The notes beneath the pieces are model-generated. The model was not told the origin of the DNA. It saw only the letters and a program-made list of their open reading frames with translations, and made no database searches. A stretch of DNA of 54,919 bases, the filler included, from Sphacelaria rigidula (Eukaryota), in the NCBI GenBank assembly GCA_964200075.2. It is 4 parts of 4 records of this genome, joined end to end, with 100 filler letters (N's around TTAATTAATTAA, not from the genome) between each part and the next. Parts side by side here need not be neighbours in the genome. Positions count along the whole stretch, not along the records: positions 1 to 13,659 come from CAXNAA020002740.1; 3 more parts are not named here. One strand, written 5' to 3'. Shown in pieces: positions 1 through 12,090 of the stretch. The translations under genes were made by a program, and so were the position numbers. The stretch's first letter is position 1; every line of letters starts with the position of its first letter.

Positions 1-326
1 TGGCATCCAACAGTCACTGTGATGAGCAGTGGCAAGCAAAACAAATTTAGACAATCTTTGAGAAACTACGAAATTGCGGATTCTGCATTCTTCTGACGCT
101 GACTACTGTATTTCGGTTGTAGTCAATACCATGTGTGCCTGAGCCCTTCTTACCTCATGCCAGGGTATCTTCTCAACTCTTGTGTAGCCTACAAATCACG
201 CAGCGCCCTTGCTGCGGCTTTGCGCTGGACGCACACGACTGGTCGCGGTGCACATCAAGTGCAAAGGCATGTGGTGCATCTACGATAATATGGCCCCAAA
301 ATAGCGGCGCAATATTTTTCCATATA

Positions 327-1388
327 CCGGCGCGACCTATCTGCAGGTGGGGTATGCAAAGAAGAGCGCACAGGTCGCGAACGCCTCCAGAAGCAACCCA
401 CGAAAAACGCAATTTCAAATCGAAATGCTGGACACACGAAACAACGGTCAGTCGCACTTCACCGCAGTCCACAGCAGGGCAGTGAAGAAAGAGTCTTGTC
501 GCAGGGCAGGAAACCACACACGCCTGCGGCGATGAGCTCTCTGCTCGATATTGACGAGCAAACAGTCGTCTTGTGTTCTTCGCCAGACGAGCACCGCGCA
601 TGATCGATTGTATGGGTGCTCTGACGACACGGACTGTACATACAGTATGCATCAGCTGCTTGCCATCAAGAATGCCGCCATATCATACTGATGTTGCACT
701 GCTGTTGTACAAGCTATCCAAGTGGAAGCACGAGTAGTGGTAATACTCCTGTATCGCACCACTTGTCGACTGTTCAGAGCACTAAAGGCTCTGCACAGTA
801 GTACTCCTGTACTACGGCTGTTGGCTGTCGTCCGCTGTTCATAGTGTACAGTCCGCACAGCAGACAGCAGACAACGGTACTTGTAGTACAATGATGGTGT
901 AATTTCACAAGTTTCCCTACTTGCGGGTATACGGCCGTGTATAGTACTCAGAGCATCCAAATGTCGCCAAGATACACTGTTCCTGCGCATGGACTGCGGC
1001 GGGTGTGAACGTTGTCATTACGAAATGCACACTCTCATGACAGGATTACACTCAAACACCCAACTCAAATCATGCTGTCCATGCCGTAGCAACTATCAAC
1101 TGTCAACATATTTTTGTTCAAGAAATTGCCTTGAAGAAGTGCCCCAAGAAAGAACGATTGATTTTACGATTCCCGGCAGTATGGAGTGAAGAACTCATCG
1201 CCGCCTACGTTTACAGCATCCTGCCCTACAAAAAAAAATGGGATCGGTGTTACAGCCGTGCTGTGTGCTACTGTGGACTACGCCTGTTGTTTCGTGTGAA
1301 ATTGGGTTTCTCGTGGGAGTGGGTCTGGAGGCGTTCGCGACCTGTACGCTCCAATTTGCATACCCCACCTGCAAATAGGTCGCGCCCC
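327..1388. mobile_element. Non-autonomous TIR DNA transposon (about 90-bp imperfect terminal inverted repeats)
   Basis: 329-418 (ggcgcgacctatctgcaggtggggtatgcaaa...gcaatttca) is the reverse complement of about 1297-1386 (tgaaattggg...ccccacctgcaaataggtcgcgcc). There is tata on both outer flanks, consistent with a TA target. No transposase ORF inside. Confidence 0.75.
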
Positions 1389-1424
1389 ATATACTCACCT
1401 ACACCAAATCCTAAACATGATACC

Positions 1425-4400
1425 TCATATTCCGACAGCCGCTAGCACCCAACCATAGACTTGCACTGAAGACGAAGGCACGAAACGTTTCTCCCCACAA
1501 ACGGGGAAGGGCGTAGGTACTCTGTCTCTATCTGCTTCGTTTGTGGAAATAAATTTTCCGCCGACAAAATGCCCATGTGTCTTCCGTGAATCAGCCTGCA
1601 GATACACACATCCCTCTCCTTGAATCGTGCAAAGAGCACCAACATGCCGAACGGTTTTCAGCAAATACATGGATAACATATTGTGGCGGGTCAAGCACGC
1701 GTCGTGATCACCTCAGGGACGTCAAATGCCAGGGTACTCCCTGTCTTTGCACATGCACTGTTATAAATTCTAGAAACAGAGACTGCTACAAAAAACATCC
1801 GCAGTAGATGCCAAATCAATCATCTATCACCCATCACCTATCACCTTCTCAGTGTCCGGCACCACGCTCTCGAGCAACACGCCCCTTCGCACAAGGTCCC
1901 TCAGGATGAGCAGCGTTTCTCCGACCGTAAGGAATGGGAAAATATTCATCCTGTCAGATGTTTTGTGGCGATTCCGATAGCAAGAATTTCATGACGATCA
2001 TGACGATCATACTAGCAGTCGTAAGGCCCACTTGGACACAGCCAATATCGCCGAGTATCCCCTTGCTCATGACACTATTAATAGATTGATAGTATGTGGT
2101 GGCCCTAACGTGTTTTCGACGTAAAGTCGGCAACAGCAGAAGCGAGACTGATCGTTGTTGGCCTACATCAACCTGAAAGTGGCGCACAACTTTCTTGATA
2201 TCGATCGTAAAGCAGCATCAAGCGTCAAGCACGAAATCAAGGCCATGGCGACAAGGGTGTCAATACGTTATCAAACATTTCCAGTGACCTAGCACCCCGG
2301 GAATACGGTCTACAAAGGCACACGCCCATCGTGTGGTAAACGAGGCCACAGGCCAAATTCAAAACTTAGACTACTCATTCTACGTGCGGCGAGTTCATGG
2401 CCGCCGGCAGTCACGTGAGAATTTTCGCAGGGTTGGTTTGGTAGGGGTATATCTACGCTAGATGGACATGGGCAAGTGGCACCGAGTAGTGGACAACTCT
2501 AACGTTTGGTCGATAGGCGTACAGCGGTCCTTATAGTGGTCGAGAGAGACGGGTTCACGTATTTATTTTTTCATGCATGACTCGGTCCAGTGTGTTGAGA
2601 TACCCTCACGTTCCCCGCACGCCGCACGAATAAATAATGATTCATCCCTATTCGATTTTTGCACGAAACAATCATGCGATTTGTACGAAAACTGTGATTC
2701 GTGCATCTTTTGAACTCATGGTTCGTGTCGCACTACACTGAACGTACACCCGCTCGCCTGTCATGCGGTACATCCACGAAGGTACATTCTTCCCATCTGT
2801 GATTCATACGGCATGAATCATGCGTACATGTTTTCCACTATTCATTTACGCGGCATGAACCAAGTTTACATATTCCCCGCCGTTCATTCGTGAGGCATGA
2901 ATCAAGTGGACATATTTCCCACAAGACAGTCGAACGGCATACATTCCTCCTACACATTTTTAACCTGTCATTCAAAGACATGAATCAAACGGACATTTTT
3001 TCTCGTCGACTCATTCGTGCGCCAGGAATCACATCTACATTATCCTACAGCCATTTCATGTGCTAGGAACCTTCCCTGTGGTACAAATTCCGTAATTGTC
3101 GTTCATTAACCACGATTCTCTGGTTCATTCTCAGCACTTGAAAATTTCGCGGCGCGACTTTTGCGCATTGCGACAAACCTAACCTGTGACTGGCGCGGGG
3201 TCTTATCGGAAGTGATGATCACTCTATAAAAATTAGCTTCTGGAGAAGTGATTATCCCCACAACGACCAGTGCTGAGTCTTATCAACAATCAGTTTGTCC
3301 AGATCGAAGCCCAGACCTGCGCACAGGTGCAAACATGCGGCGGTTTCAGATGTGGCAGTTAGTCCAATATATCTGTGCTGCTGCGGACGAGACGCAACGA
3401 GGTAACACAACGCGGATACACCGAGCTACGAAAACCCACGCACAGACACCTACCACTCACGCGCATTAGCTCAGGCGCTAGTTCTTAGTAATCTACACAC
3501 GGCAGTCTTTGCTTGATGCAAATCTATCGAGTATTGGATGAGAGGCGGTCGCGTGGGCGTCAAATTGCAACCGAAAACGTGCCGTTGCTGGCTGTTTGTG
3601 AGCGTGCTGCGCACGAGTCTCACGCAAATCATCATTTCTCACCGAATTCTGAACCGATTTGAGCAAGGTCACGCACAGCATGCTCAGCTGATGAGCAGCA
3701 ACGAATGGAGCGGTGTGTTTTGGTTTGCGAGGGCAGTGTTATCCTCAGCTGAGGTTCACGTTTGATTGTGTTGACTTGTCTGCCGAGCCTTTGGTTATGC
3801 CCCCGTCAACGGGACGTTTTATTTTCCCGTTCGAGGTGTCACACTATCACTCTCGCGACAGTGATTTCAGGAATGTTTTTTTTGTTTCACTTCCTGAAAA
3901 CGCTATTGAAATATTGATTTTTTGGCACCTTTTTGGGGGGGTGGTGTCGCAGCAACCAATCATCGGTCGAGTATTACAAGAGCGAGTTTTTCTATAGTGA
4001 TAATCACTACCGATAGGACCCCGCGTGATGATGCACATATACGATGCATCCACACGGAATTATTTACGGAAGACGGACTTGTTCGATCACTCGGGGCGAA
4101 TGAATGAGTTTGACTCTTTGACCGTCTTGATTGGCCCGACGATCGGTCGAGGCGACATTAGTAAAACATCAATGTAATTGAAAAGGGTAAATGATGTCAA
4201 GTCATCGGATCGCCTACCCTGGCGTTGGAGGGATAAGGCACGAAAGTTGGAATGTCAATCACGCGTAAAGTAAGCTATTGGTTGTTTGCACAAATCGAAT
4301 CATGCATTCTCCCATGAGGACGGGGATTCATTCTCGCTTTCCACCAGGGATTCATATGGCATAAATCGAACGTACATAGTTATCACCTGTTTTTCATGCG

Positions 4401-7400
4401 GCATGAATCAAACGCACACATTTCCCATCTGTCATCTACATGGGGTGAATCAAGCGTACATGTTCGTCGGCTGCCCTTCATTCGGCATGCATGATGCGTA
4501 CATATTTCTCACGCGCGATTTCTGCGGGATGAACCAAATTGTGGTTCCTCTCCAGTGATTTATCCAAGACCTCGTACACGTGCTATGTATCCCCATTCGA
4601 GTGACATGATTTGGAGCGTACATAATCCCTTCCACCATGCTTACGAAACCACCTCGAACGTATATATTTTCGTTCTGCGGTTCGTACATGATGACTCTTT
4701 GACACGTAAATCGTACTCCGCAGGCGTAGCAAGTCAACTCGTACGAATATTGGTTTCTCTGACGTGTGGAACATTCATCGCAACATGCACTGCTGCCGCG
4801 ATCACTGCCACGGCTAACCTGGAATCACCTGGAATCTGACGCCAACGTACTGACGGTCACAATAACAACTGTGACGTGCGGTATATACGTGACGACGGCG
4901 GTTTTCATGTAGGTTCAACTACAGCAACTTTCCCAACTCCCGCCGAAAACCCGCTCATCTCCTCTCGAATTTGGGACCCTAGTGGACAAGAAGGGGGGGG
5001 AAGGGATCTACCGGAAGTGACGGCGAGGAAAATACACGCAGCCGGAGACCTTCATGATGTTCTAGAATAGTGATGAAAACGCTCAGGACGTGCAACGACG
5101 GAACGCTACAGCCTAGCATGACTCACTCGCACTGACACAAAAAAAATACTCAATATATTCCCAGAAGCGTGTTCGATTCAGCTACGCAAACTGGCACGTC
5201 CACGCCCTTGATCCTTTCACCCCGAACCTATCCATTTTATTTGGAGAACAATTCACTACTCTGTGTTCATTTTTGTATGCGGTTTCTTCTGCGGTGAAGA
5301 TCTTCAACTTTCCACCTTGGACTACGTTGGACTACGTTGGAAGACTTCATAGCCAGTAACCTGAAATCGTTTGCTTGAGGACAGACCTATGCGAAACAAA
5401 ACAAAACCTATGTCCCCGTGCTTTGTTGTGAAGTCGATCTGTGTGCACGTCACAACCCTGCCAAATTACGATCGACCATCTTCCGTTGCGTTGTGACAGT
5501 AGCGCCCTTAAACGCTTGAGATCGCTCACCTTACGTCGTCAGCGCGGCAGCCGCAGTGATTCTTGACGTACAATATTGCTGCCTCTCGAATGCGGCACAG
5601 TACGCCGACATTAACCTCACCATCGAGATCCATCCACGGCATCCATGCACAAACCATCCCTTCGGCTTGTGCAGACTCGGCCTGTCCACGGGAGTATGGG
5701 TATCACAAAATGGCAAAGGCTACCGTTCAGACGATGCAGTTGTGCCAGGTAAAAGGTGCAGGTCCCCGACAGAGGTGGAGCAGCCAGCCTGTATAACCTC
5801 AGGGGGTTAACGTGTCACTCAAAGTGTACGCCGGACATCCAATGAACCAGTTTGCCCATGTGGGGTATAACGAGTCACTAGGAATCACGGATATATATCC
5901 CGTGCTTCGGTAGAGCGCTTAGTGCACCCAGCACACTTGCAAAGTATAGGCTAGAACTGGACAGCGGGACCGACAACACGCACTTTGGTAATCAACGACG
6001 CGGCAGGAGTGAAGACCCCCGGATTCTTCATCGCCTACACGTTGACAGAATGGAGCACGACGCACGAAAACATTGACTACAATCGGCTGCTCGCAAATCG
6101 CATATTATCTCGAAGCGCTCATCTCCGTCGGGCACACAGCGTTGCGATTCAAACATAAGGATGGATAATTCAGCCAACGAAACCTGGGATGCCGTTGCCT
6201 GTCGAGCCCCTCCTGGAGGTTCTGCGGCTGCAGCTCGTTTCTTCCCTTTCCAGGCTGATCCTCCATGACGATCGGTCACTAGCCCCTCGTCACCGGCTTC
6301 CACGTATTCAACATCCATGCTGTCCTCGATGCCGACGTTCACCGGTGCCAAGTTGTCGTTGATATTTTGGGGTGCGGAGCTGGGTCGCGTGATGGGCTCT
6401 GAGTTAATACCTGCCTTGCTAACACTGTCTGATGCAGGCACGATCCACAGCTTTGCAACCTCCTTGTGCATGTACCTGTCCGCGGAGTGTTAGGGTTATG
6501 GTTAGGAAATGGAGCGAGGTTACGAGAAAACCGCACAATCAAAGCGAGTCTCACGAGTTCTCATGTCCAAACGAGGTGGACCCTGTGGTTTGTTGGCAAC
6601 GTCCATCAGACGTGGCTATACCGTAGGACAAGCAGATGTGCAACGCAGAGACGGGAGAAGATATGACAATATCGCGCTTATGAAATCACCACAACTCTTG
6701 CCCGCCGCAGCATGTAGAGAGCAGCGAGCCGGGTCAAACGAGTTATCGGCACAAAGGCTACTAGAAGAAGGCACGTCGTGAGGGCAAAAGACGGGGCAAA
6801 TATTCCTTGACGCACTGTTCTGACATGCTTTCCATATACCTACCGTCTTGTACGTTCTGAACGAAACCATACGCAACATTAAAAGAATGACGTCTTCACA
6901 ACAGTACGTCTCATTGGGCATACAGTCAAATTCACCTGATGTTCTCAGCGCTGCAAACACACACAACCTCGCCAACGCGAAGGGCATGCCCCAACCCCGC
7001 CAGTAGCACGTTATCTTCTTCGTGCACTCCGTTGCCCGCATTTCCTAAACCTCGAAGGGCTTTCCTCAGCTCTGCCAACGATATCCCATTCTCTCCTGCA
7101 GCCCGCAGCGGCTCTACCACGGACTTCATGGTAATCCTCTCCTGACCGTCGGGGGTGTCCAGTCCCCACTCTATCTCGGGCCCGATCACTATTTTCACGT
7201 CACCTCCGTCCGATCTTTTACCGCGTGCCCTCGACACAGAGCCTCCGGTGATATGTCTCGGAGCGTCACGTGCAGGCATGTAATGTGTAGTCCGACCTGC
7301 TCCGCCTCCCGACGATCGCGTTGGCCAGGTAGGTTTGATGTCCGTAGCAATCGAGCTCATGATTGACGAGTCGACCCTGCTGAACGTGCGGTACTTGAAG

Positions 7401-10400
7401 GGGTTAAGCTTGCCTACATGGTTTTCCTCGCCTTGTGGGGCGGCGACAGACCTCCCGACATCTCCGTCGATGCGTGCTTGGTCACCTGCTGCTCTGTTAA
7501 TATCTAGCCTTTTGTCTGGATCAGGGCTTCGATCAGTACCTAGCCCCATACCCCGTGAAGCTGAGCCCCTCTGTCGACGATCCTCGCCCGTCCCTGCTGT
7601 TGTAGTAGTGGACGATAAGGAAGACTTTGCCTCACCATCGCCGCCTCCATCAACATCAACAGCATTGGTGTTGAGGCTAGCACCGCCGTTGTCGTCCTTC
7701 ACACTGCGTTCGACCACCAACGTCTCATGGGGTTTCACACAAAACTCGGCCCCGCCGGTAGCAATCGCTTCCAGCAGAGCTCCCATCAATCCTCGGTCCA
7801 CGCTGACCTCTCGCAAGTTTAAACGAGGGTGTGTCTGTCCTGCGTCTAACCCTGACGTGGGATTGACCGGCGGCAGGCTCGGTGATTCGCTAGCCCGGCG
7901 ATTAATTATCTCAAGCAAACGTGCTCGCTCATCTCGAAACAAGAGTTTCGGTGTTGCCCACGGTCCTGAGAATGCGTAGGACTGCAGTGCGTCCACGGCT
8001 GCAATGCCCCTGGTGACCATTTCCACCCCGTGCCTGCCAATCATCTTATAAACCTGGCACAGTTGTCCACAACAAGAAAGAAAGAAGGGATGAGCAATCT
8101 GCACTGTTCGCATTTCATAATTGTAGTCAGTATGTACGGCGACCTTCGAGCGCCGTTGTGTGTCAGGATGGGATGAAGAGAGCGCGTTCGATCAATTGAC
8201 TGCAAGACCTTTGGGATCTTCAACGTGAGAGAATTGGGAGCGTTTGTATATGAAAACGGGGTCACACTGTTCTTGCGGCAGGGAACAAGGACTCACAATG
8301 ACCACGTCGCAGTCGAAAGGGGTGGAGTGCAGCTACAAGCTGGACTCAAAAACAAAATGAATCGGCATCATTCGCGCCCTCCCCCGTGAGGTTTAAAGCT
8401 ATGGTCTCAGATCTTGCACATATCTTCGAGTGCACAGGATGAAAACACGCTTTGGGGGGAATTGCAAGCGTTGGATCGCACTGTGCCTGGACGTTCGATC
8501 ACCACAGAAAGGTACAGGCTTTACCTCAATAACCTAAATTAACGGTCATGTACTTCGCCAAACCTACCGCCCACCTGGTCGTCGCAGAAAGGTCACAAGT
8601 ACACGTGAATACTTGGTCCTTTCCGGAAAGCTATACTTTCACGTCGTGCTGATCCTAAGCCTGGTGGAATTCTGCCTGTTTGCGGTACACTCTCAATTGC
8701 TGAGATACTGATAGAACACTTGCACTTCTCCAAGAGTACGTCGTAGCAAAAAACGAGCCCGTACGCCAAGCTCTCTACACAAGTGCGCTTGCGAAAACAT
8801 CCGACACATGGACACATGTTCCGACGCCCGAACCAAGCCCGACGCTTGCGCGCGGAGCTTCGGCCACCAATTTTGAGGTTTTGCCCGCGACGCATCACTA
8901 AAACGCAGACAAGCAATCGTGGGTCACCTATGCAAAAACCAAAGACTGTGGGTCACCAATGCAAGCCGAAAAGTAGGCGGGGGAGTGGTACTGTGACCGT
9001 CATCGATGGCAAGCGCCTGTCCAGTGTACAGAGTACGTGTTCATCTACCAATAGTACAGCATCGTACATTGCCGTACTCGACAGCACACACACGGTCGCC
9101 CCGGTGGCTCAGCTGGCGACCTCGAGACCTTTTGATGGTTGGGTTGTGGGTTCGAATCTCGGTGCAGTCACACGATCTGGGATTTTTCCTCACACACTGC
9201 TCAACAGTGGAGAGCGACCATGTCGTCGGTACACAAATTTGGACTTCACGGTCGACGAGGGAAAGGGACTGCTGAGACCCTCTCTCGATAGAAACATGAG
9301 GCAAGCACCGCGAAAAAAAGTGGAGAACGAGAAAAAAGAAAAAAGAAAAAGACTCCAGTGCTGGCCTTCCTCCTGTGACTTCGGCTGGTGCGCCCGCATA
9401 TACCGAAAGGTGTAGACTGGCGTTCAGAGTAGATGTTAAGAAAACACACACAACACCCACTGCCGTCGGAAAGCCTGGAACAACATACGAACATTCAAAC
9501 TCCGTTGTCGTTTGCGGGTGATGAACGGATTAGCTTGGCAGCTGAGAAACTAGGCCGTAGCAGCAGCATGCTGTACAAAGACAGTTGGATATGAAGTCGG
9601 ACCAGCCATTTGTTTGTTTCTGTAGTCTTTGAGGTGTTGGCGCATGCCCACGCAACTCATATGGGCCGCCACTCTCCCGAGCACCGTTCTACCAGAAGAG
9701 TGGTAACATATACCTCGGTTGGGAAAACTAGTTCCGCAACTCTGTGGCAGACACTGTAAACCACCGAGAGAAGGGCATAATTTGACATGAAAACAGTTTT
9801 CAATCTTGCATTCAATACATATGTCCCACTCATCGCCGTTATAACTTCGCGTCACACTGGGTTGCACAGGATTGAACATCGGGAGATGACAACGGCGGGC
9901 TTCACACACTATGGGGAAAAATCCTACTCTTCTACGAATATGACATCTTTTTTTCTTGCTGTTTTCGAAATCGATACGTCACTGATTCTACTTCGCTGTT
10001 CGATCAGTCGTCAATCACTTTTTGTTTCCAAACGCCTCAGTTTTTGGGGAGAAAACGGATACTTCTTAGTCGATGTATACCGAACAATAATATGTTTTGG
10101 AATATTAGACAAGCTTCTCAGCTTTAAAATATGTTCAACATATATTTTCGTCGGTCGATTCCATGTTCCATCCTCGCTTGTATCTTGCACTGAACGTTCG
10201 CTTAATGAGTACCAGTACAGGGTAAAGCCCGCGCTCTGATCTGTAAAATGCGTATTTTTCCGTCGAAAGCGATTATTTTCAAGTTTTGCACGTCGAATCT
10301 TCTAAGGTTGGTGCTGTTGCTCAGGAACGTCACCCCCTTCTGAATATGGATCTAGAATGGGGTGAGTTTTGTCAATTTAGTTGTACACGTACTGGCACAA

Positions 10401-10904
10401 GAGTAAAAGTGTTCACCTTTCGTACGTCTATCTCATGACCACGGCTAATCCTAAATTTAAACACAGTGTGGCAATCGAAGCAAACCATGTCAAATCAATA
10501 ATGACTTATCTGACCAAAACGCGGCTCTCTTTACATCCAAATGCGGCGCTACGGTACATTTCAATCTTATGAAGAAATGACTTGGTCATGTTCTACTATT
10601 CAGTGATCTCGCATGGTATTTGTCAAAAAGCATCCAAGGGATACACTGCAAACAGGCGCTTGCATGGTCGGCTGTTAGTTGTGACTCCTGAAAAGCATGA
10701 CAATGACGACAAAAGAACCCCCACCTCATGATCCACACAGTCCTCCACCACATGCTCGTTTGCAGCCCACGACTCCTGGAGAATATTGACTTGCCTCAGC
10801 GACAATAACACCCTGTACGCCTTCTGCAGCATCGGCGGACTGAAGCCGTTCAGCCTTGTCAATGTGGCCGATGCGTCGAACCGATCATAAGGAACAAGCA
10901 GCAC
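1425..10904 (-). CDS. GTF3C1: TFIIIC B-block-binding subunit (general transcription factor 3C polypeptide 1 / Tfc3-like), 3' portion; 5' exons not identified
   Basis: Phase-consistent GT-AG exon chain: 10904-10725 (VLLVPYDRFDASATLTRLNGFSPPMLQKAYRVLLSL), 8053-6936 (...LRAAGENGISLAEL...LRVGEVVCVCSAENIR), 6475-6184, 5681-5530 (WMPWMDLDGEVNVGVLCRIREAAILYVKNHCGC), 1950-1845 (FPFLTVGETLLILRDLVRRGVL), 1595-1425 (stop). The motifs recall, in the correct order, the C-terminal blocks of plant/animal TFIIIC large subunits (AGDQGLS...KVNAYDSVR; PWINGDGTINK...LGIVMQNPG). Family call from memory, not from a search. Confidence 0.7.
1990..2190 (-). mobile_element. Degenerate Ty1/Copia RNase H fragment (intronic)
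   Basis: Minus-strand peptides QQRSVSL and KGILGDIGCVQVG resemble Copia RNase H (KQRSVALS...LLxELGxxQxGPT). Broken by frameshifts. Confidence 0.4.
2759..3070 (+). repeat. Degenerate 42-bp-period tandem array, copy 1 (about 7 units)
   Basis: The catgaa-like core recurs at 2812, 2854, 2896, 2938, 2979 and 3023. Approximate unit consensus CATTCATGCGGCATGAATCAAGCGTACATATTTCCCACCTGT. Confidence 0.8.
4349..4558 (+). repeat. Degenerate 42-bp-period tandem array, copy 2 (5 units)
   Basis: Core at 4360, 4402, 4444, 4486 and 4528 (exact 42-bp spacing). Same consensus and orientation as 2759-3070. Confidence 0.8.
9094..9350 (+). mobile_element. tRNA-derived SINE
   Basis: Pol III box A TGGCTCAGCTGG (9105-9116) and box B GGTTCGAATC (9149-9158) at tRNA-like spacing. 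These are followed by a body of about 150 bp and an A-rich tail. No intact cloverleaf. Confidence 0.65.
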
Positions 10905-11418
10905 CTACTCATATTCACAGTCCGGCGTACAGACATCAACAAGCGGAGTCGATTTGTAAACAGAGTTGTTTACGCTCTAGGCAGAGTACCAGCGGCGAAC
11001 GAGAGTCTTCAGATATGGTATAAAACAAGAGACAAGAGAGACTGACCCGGGAAGGATGCAGCATCTCACCATCACCCCACAAACCAGTACCACGAACTGG
11101 CTACCTTGGTTTACTGTCTGCTCTGAACCGGTACTGATCACTTCGTTCAACAATTGGGCACCATTTGAGTTCAATATTCAATGTGTTGTTACCAGACTGT
11201 CCTGTCTTACCCGAACAACTGGGTTATCGGGCAGTTGTCGCCGCTGGGCATTCGGCTCGACCGATCTGGCCCCACAGCACCGCCCCCGTGAAGTATCTTG
11301 TTTACTTATATGGGTCGCCTTATCAGCATAGTGAGGAATATACATCACGGTATACTTCAGCAATGAGCGTACAAAAGTGGCAATTCGCTCCCTCCCAGCG
11401 TACCGATACGGGCTCAAG

Positions 11419-12090
11419 TCATTGGGGCATTGACTCCTCTCGGAGCCGCTTGGTGAGGACGTCCGCCACTATTCGGTCATCGTCAAGTACACGTTCTCCG
11501 AGTCGAACAGCTTCCTTCCGATGGGCCTCATTGATACCTGAGGTCCATGTCCATGTATCGTCTACATTCGCTGAAAAATGTGATGTTCGCGACATAGATC
11601 GCACCGCGATTGCCTACGGGGATCCGTCGTATGGTGGAATGACACATCTTCCACTGCAGAGAACCGAAACAACTGTCCTCGCCCAGGTCTCACCAGTTGG
11701 TATCGTCCTCTGCCCAAATTGTTAATGTGATCACAGGTTCTACACTGCATTACCGTAACTTCGGAGCGTCCTGACGGAAAAATACCAACATTTTATGCGG
11801 TGGTCGAATAGCATGCGCAGACATTTCACGAACTATTTCAATTTCTCCAAAACGTCTCTTATTCACGCCATGGCCCCACGCTCACGAGTCATGTTGCCGG
11901 TGTAGGGTCTGGTAACACCAACAGCCGCAGCTTTGAATCGGAGTCCACTCACGTGCTCGTCTGGGCTGGCCTTGACCATTGAACGAGCACGTATTTCATG
12001 CTCATGATATTAGCATGGAACGACCTTCCAAAGTCAGAGTGTACGACCTCATTTGATGTTTGTATCTGCCATGACCCTAGCTGAGCGTCT
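11419..12090 (-). mobile_element. Highly degenerate Ty1/Copia LTR-retrotransposon pol relic
   Basis: In minus-strand order: EVVHSDFGRSF (integrase start, LVHSDLCGP-like), GNRGAIYVANITFFSECRRYMDMDLRY (RNase H, DNxxAIxxxxNxxFxxRTKHIDxRYH) and EAVRLGE...IVADVLTKRLREE (terminal ADxLTK motif). Confidence 0.65.

Noticed and set aside
2759-4558. CRISPR-like array (palindromic repeats at regular spacing)
   Set aside because: The inter-palindrome segments are homologous to each other rather than unique spacers, the repeats are degenerate, there are no cas genes, and the context is a eukaryotic intron.
7335-7979. Long plus-strand ORF (also 19543-20346 -, 26485-27471 +, 45345-46238 +, 48476-49561 -, 50654-51343 -, 51635-52270 -)
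   Set aside because: These are antisense shadows of real exons or transposon coding regions.
9094-9175. tRNA gene
   Set aside because: Box A and box B are present, but there is no pairing acceptor or anticodon stem and the sequence continues into a SINE-like body and A-rich tail. The same applies to 25195-25280.
9714-9753. Extra 40-nt GTF3C1 micro-exon (VCHRVAELVFPTE) using a GC donor at 10794
   Set aside because: Possible but not needed: exon 10904-10725 joins exon 8053 in phase through a normal GT donor. It cannot be decided without RNA-seq.
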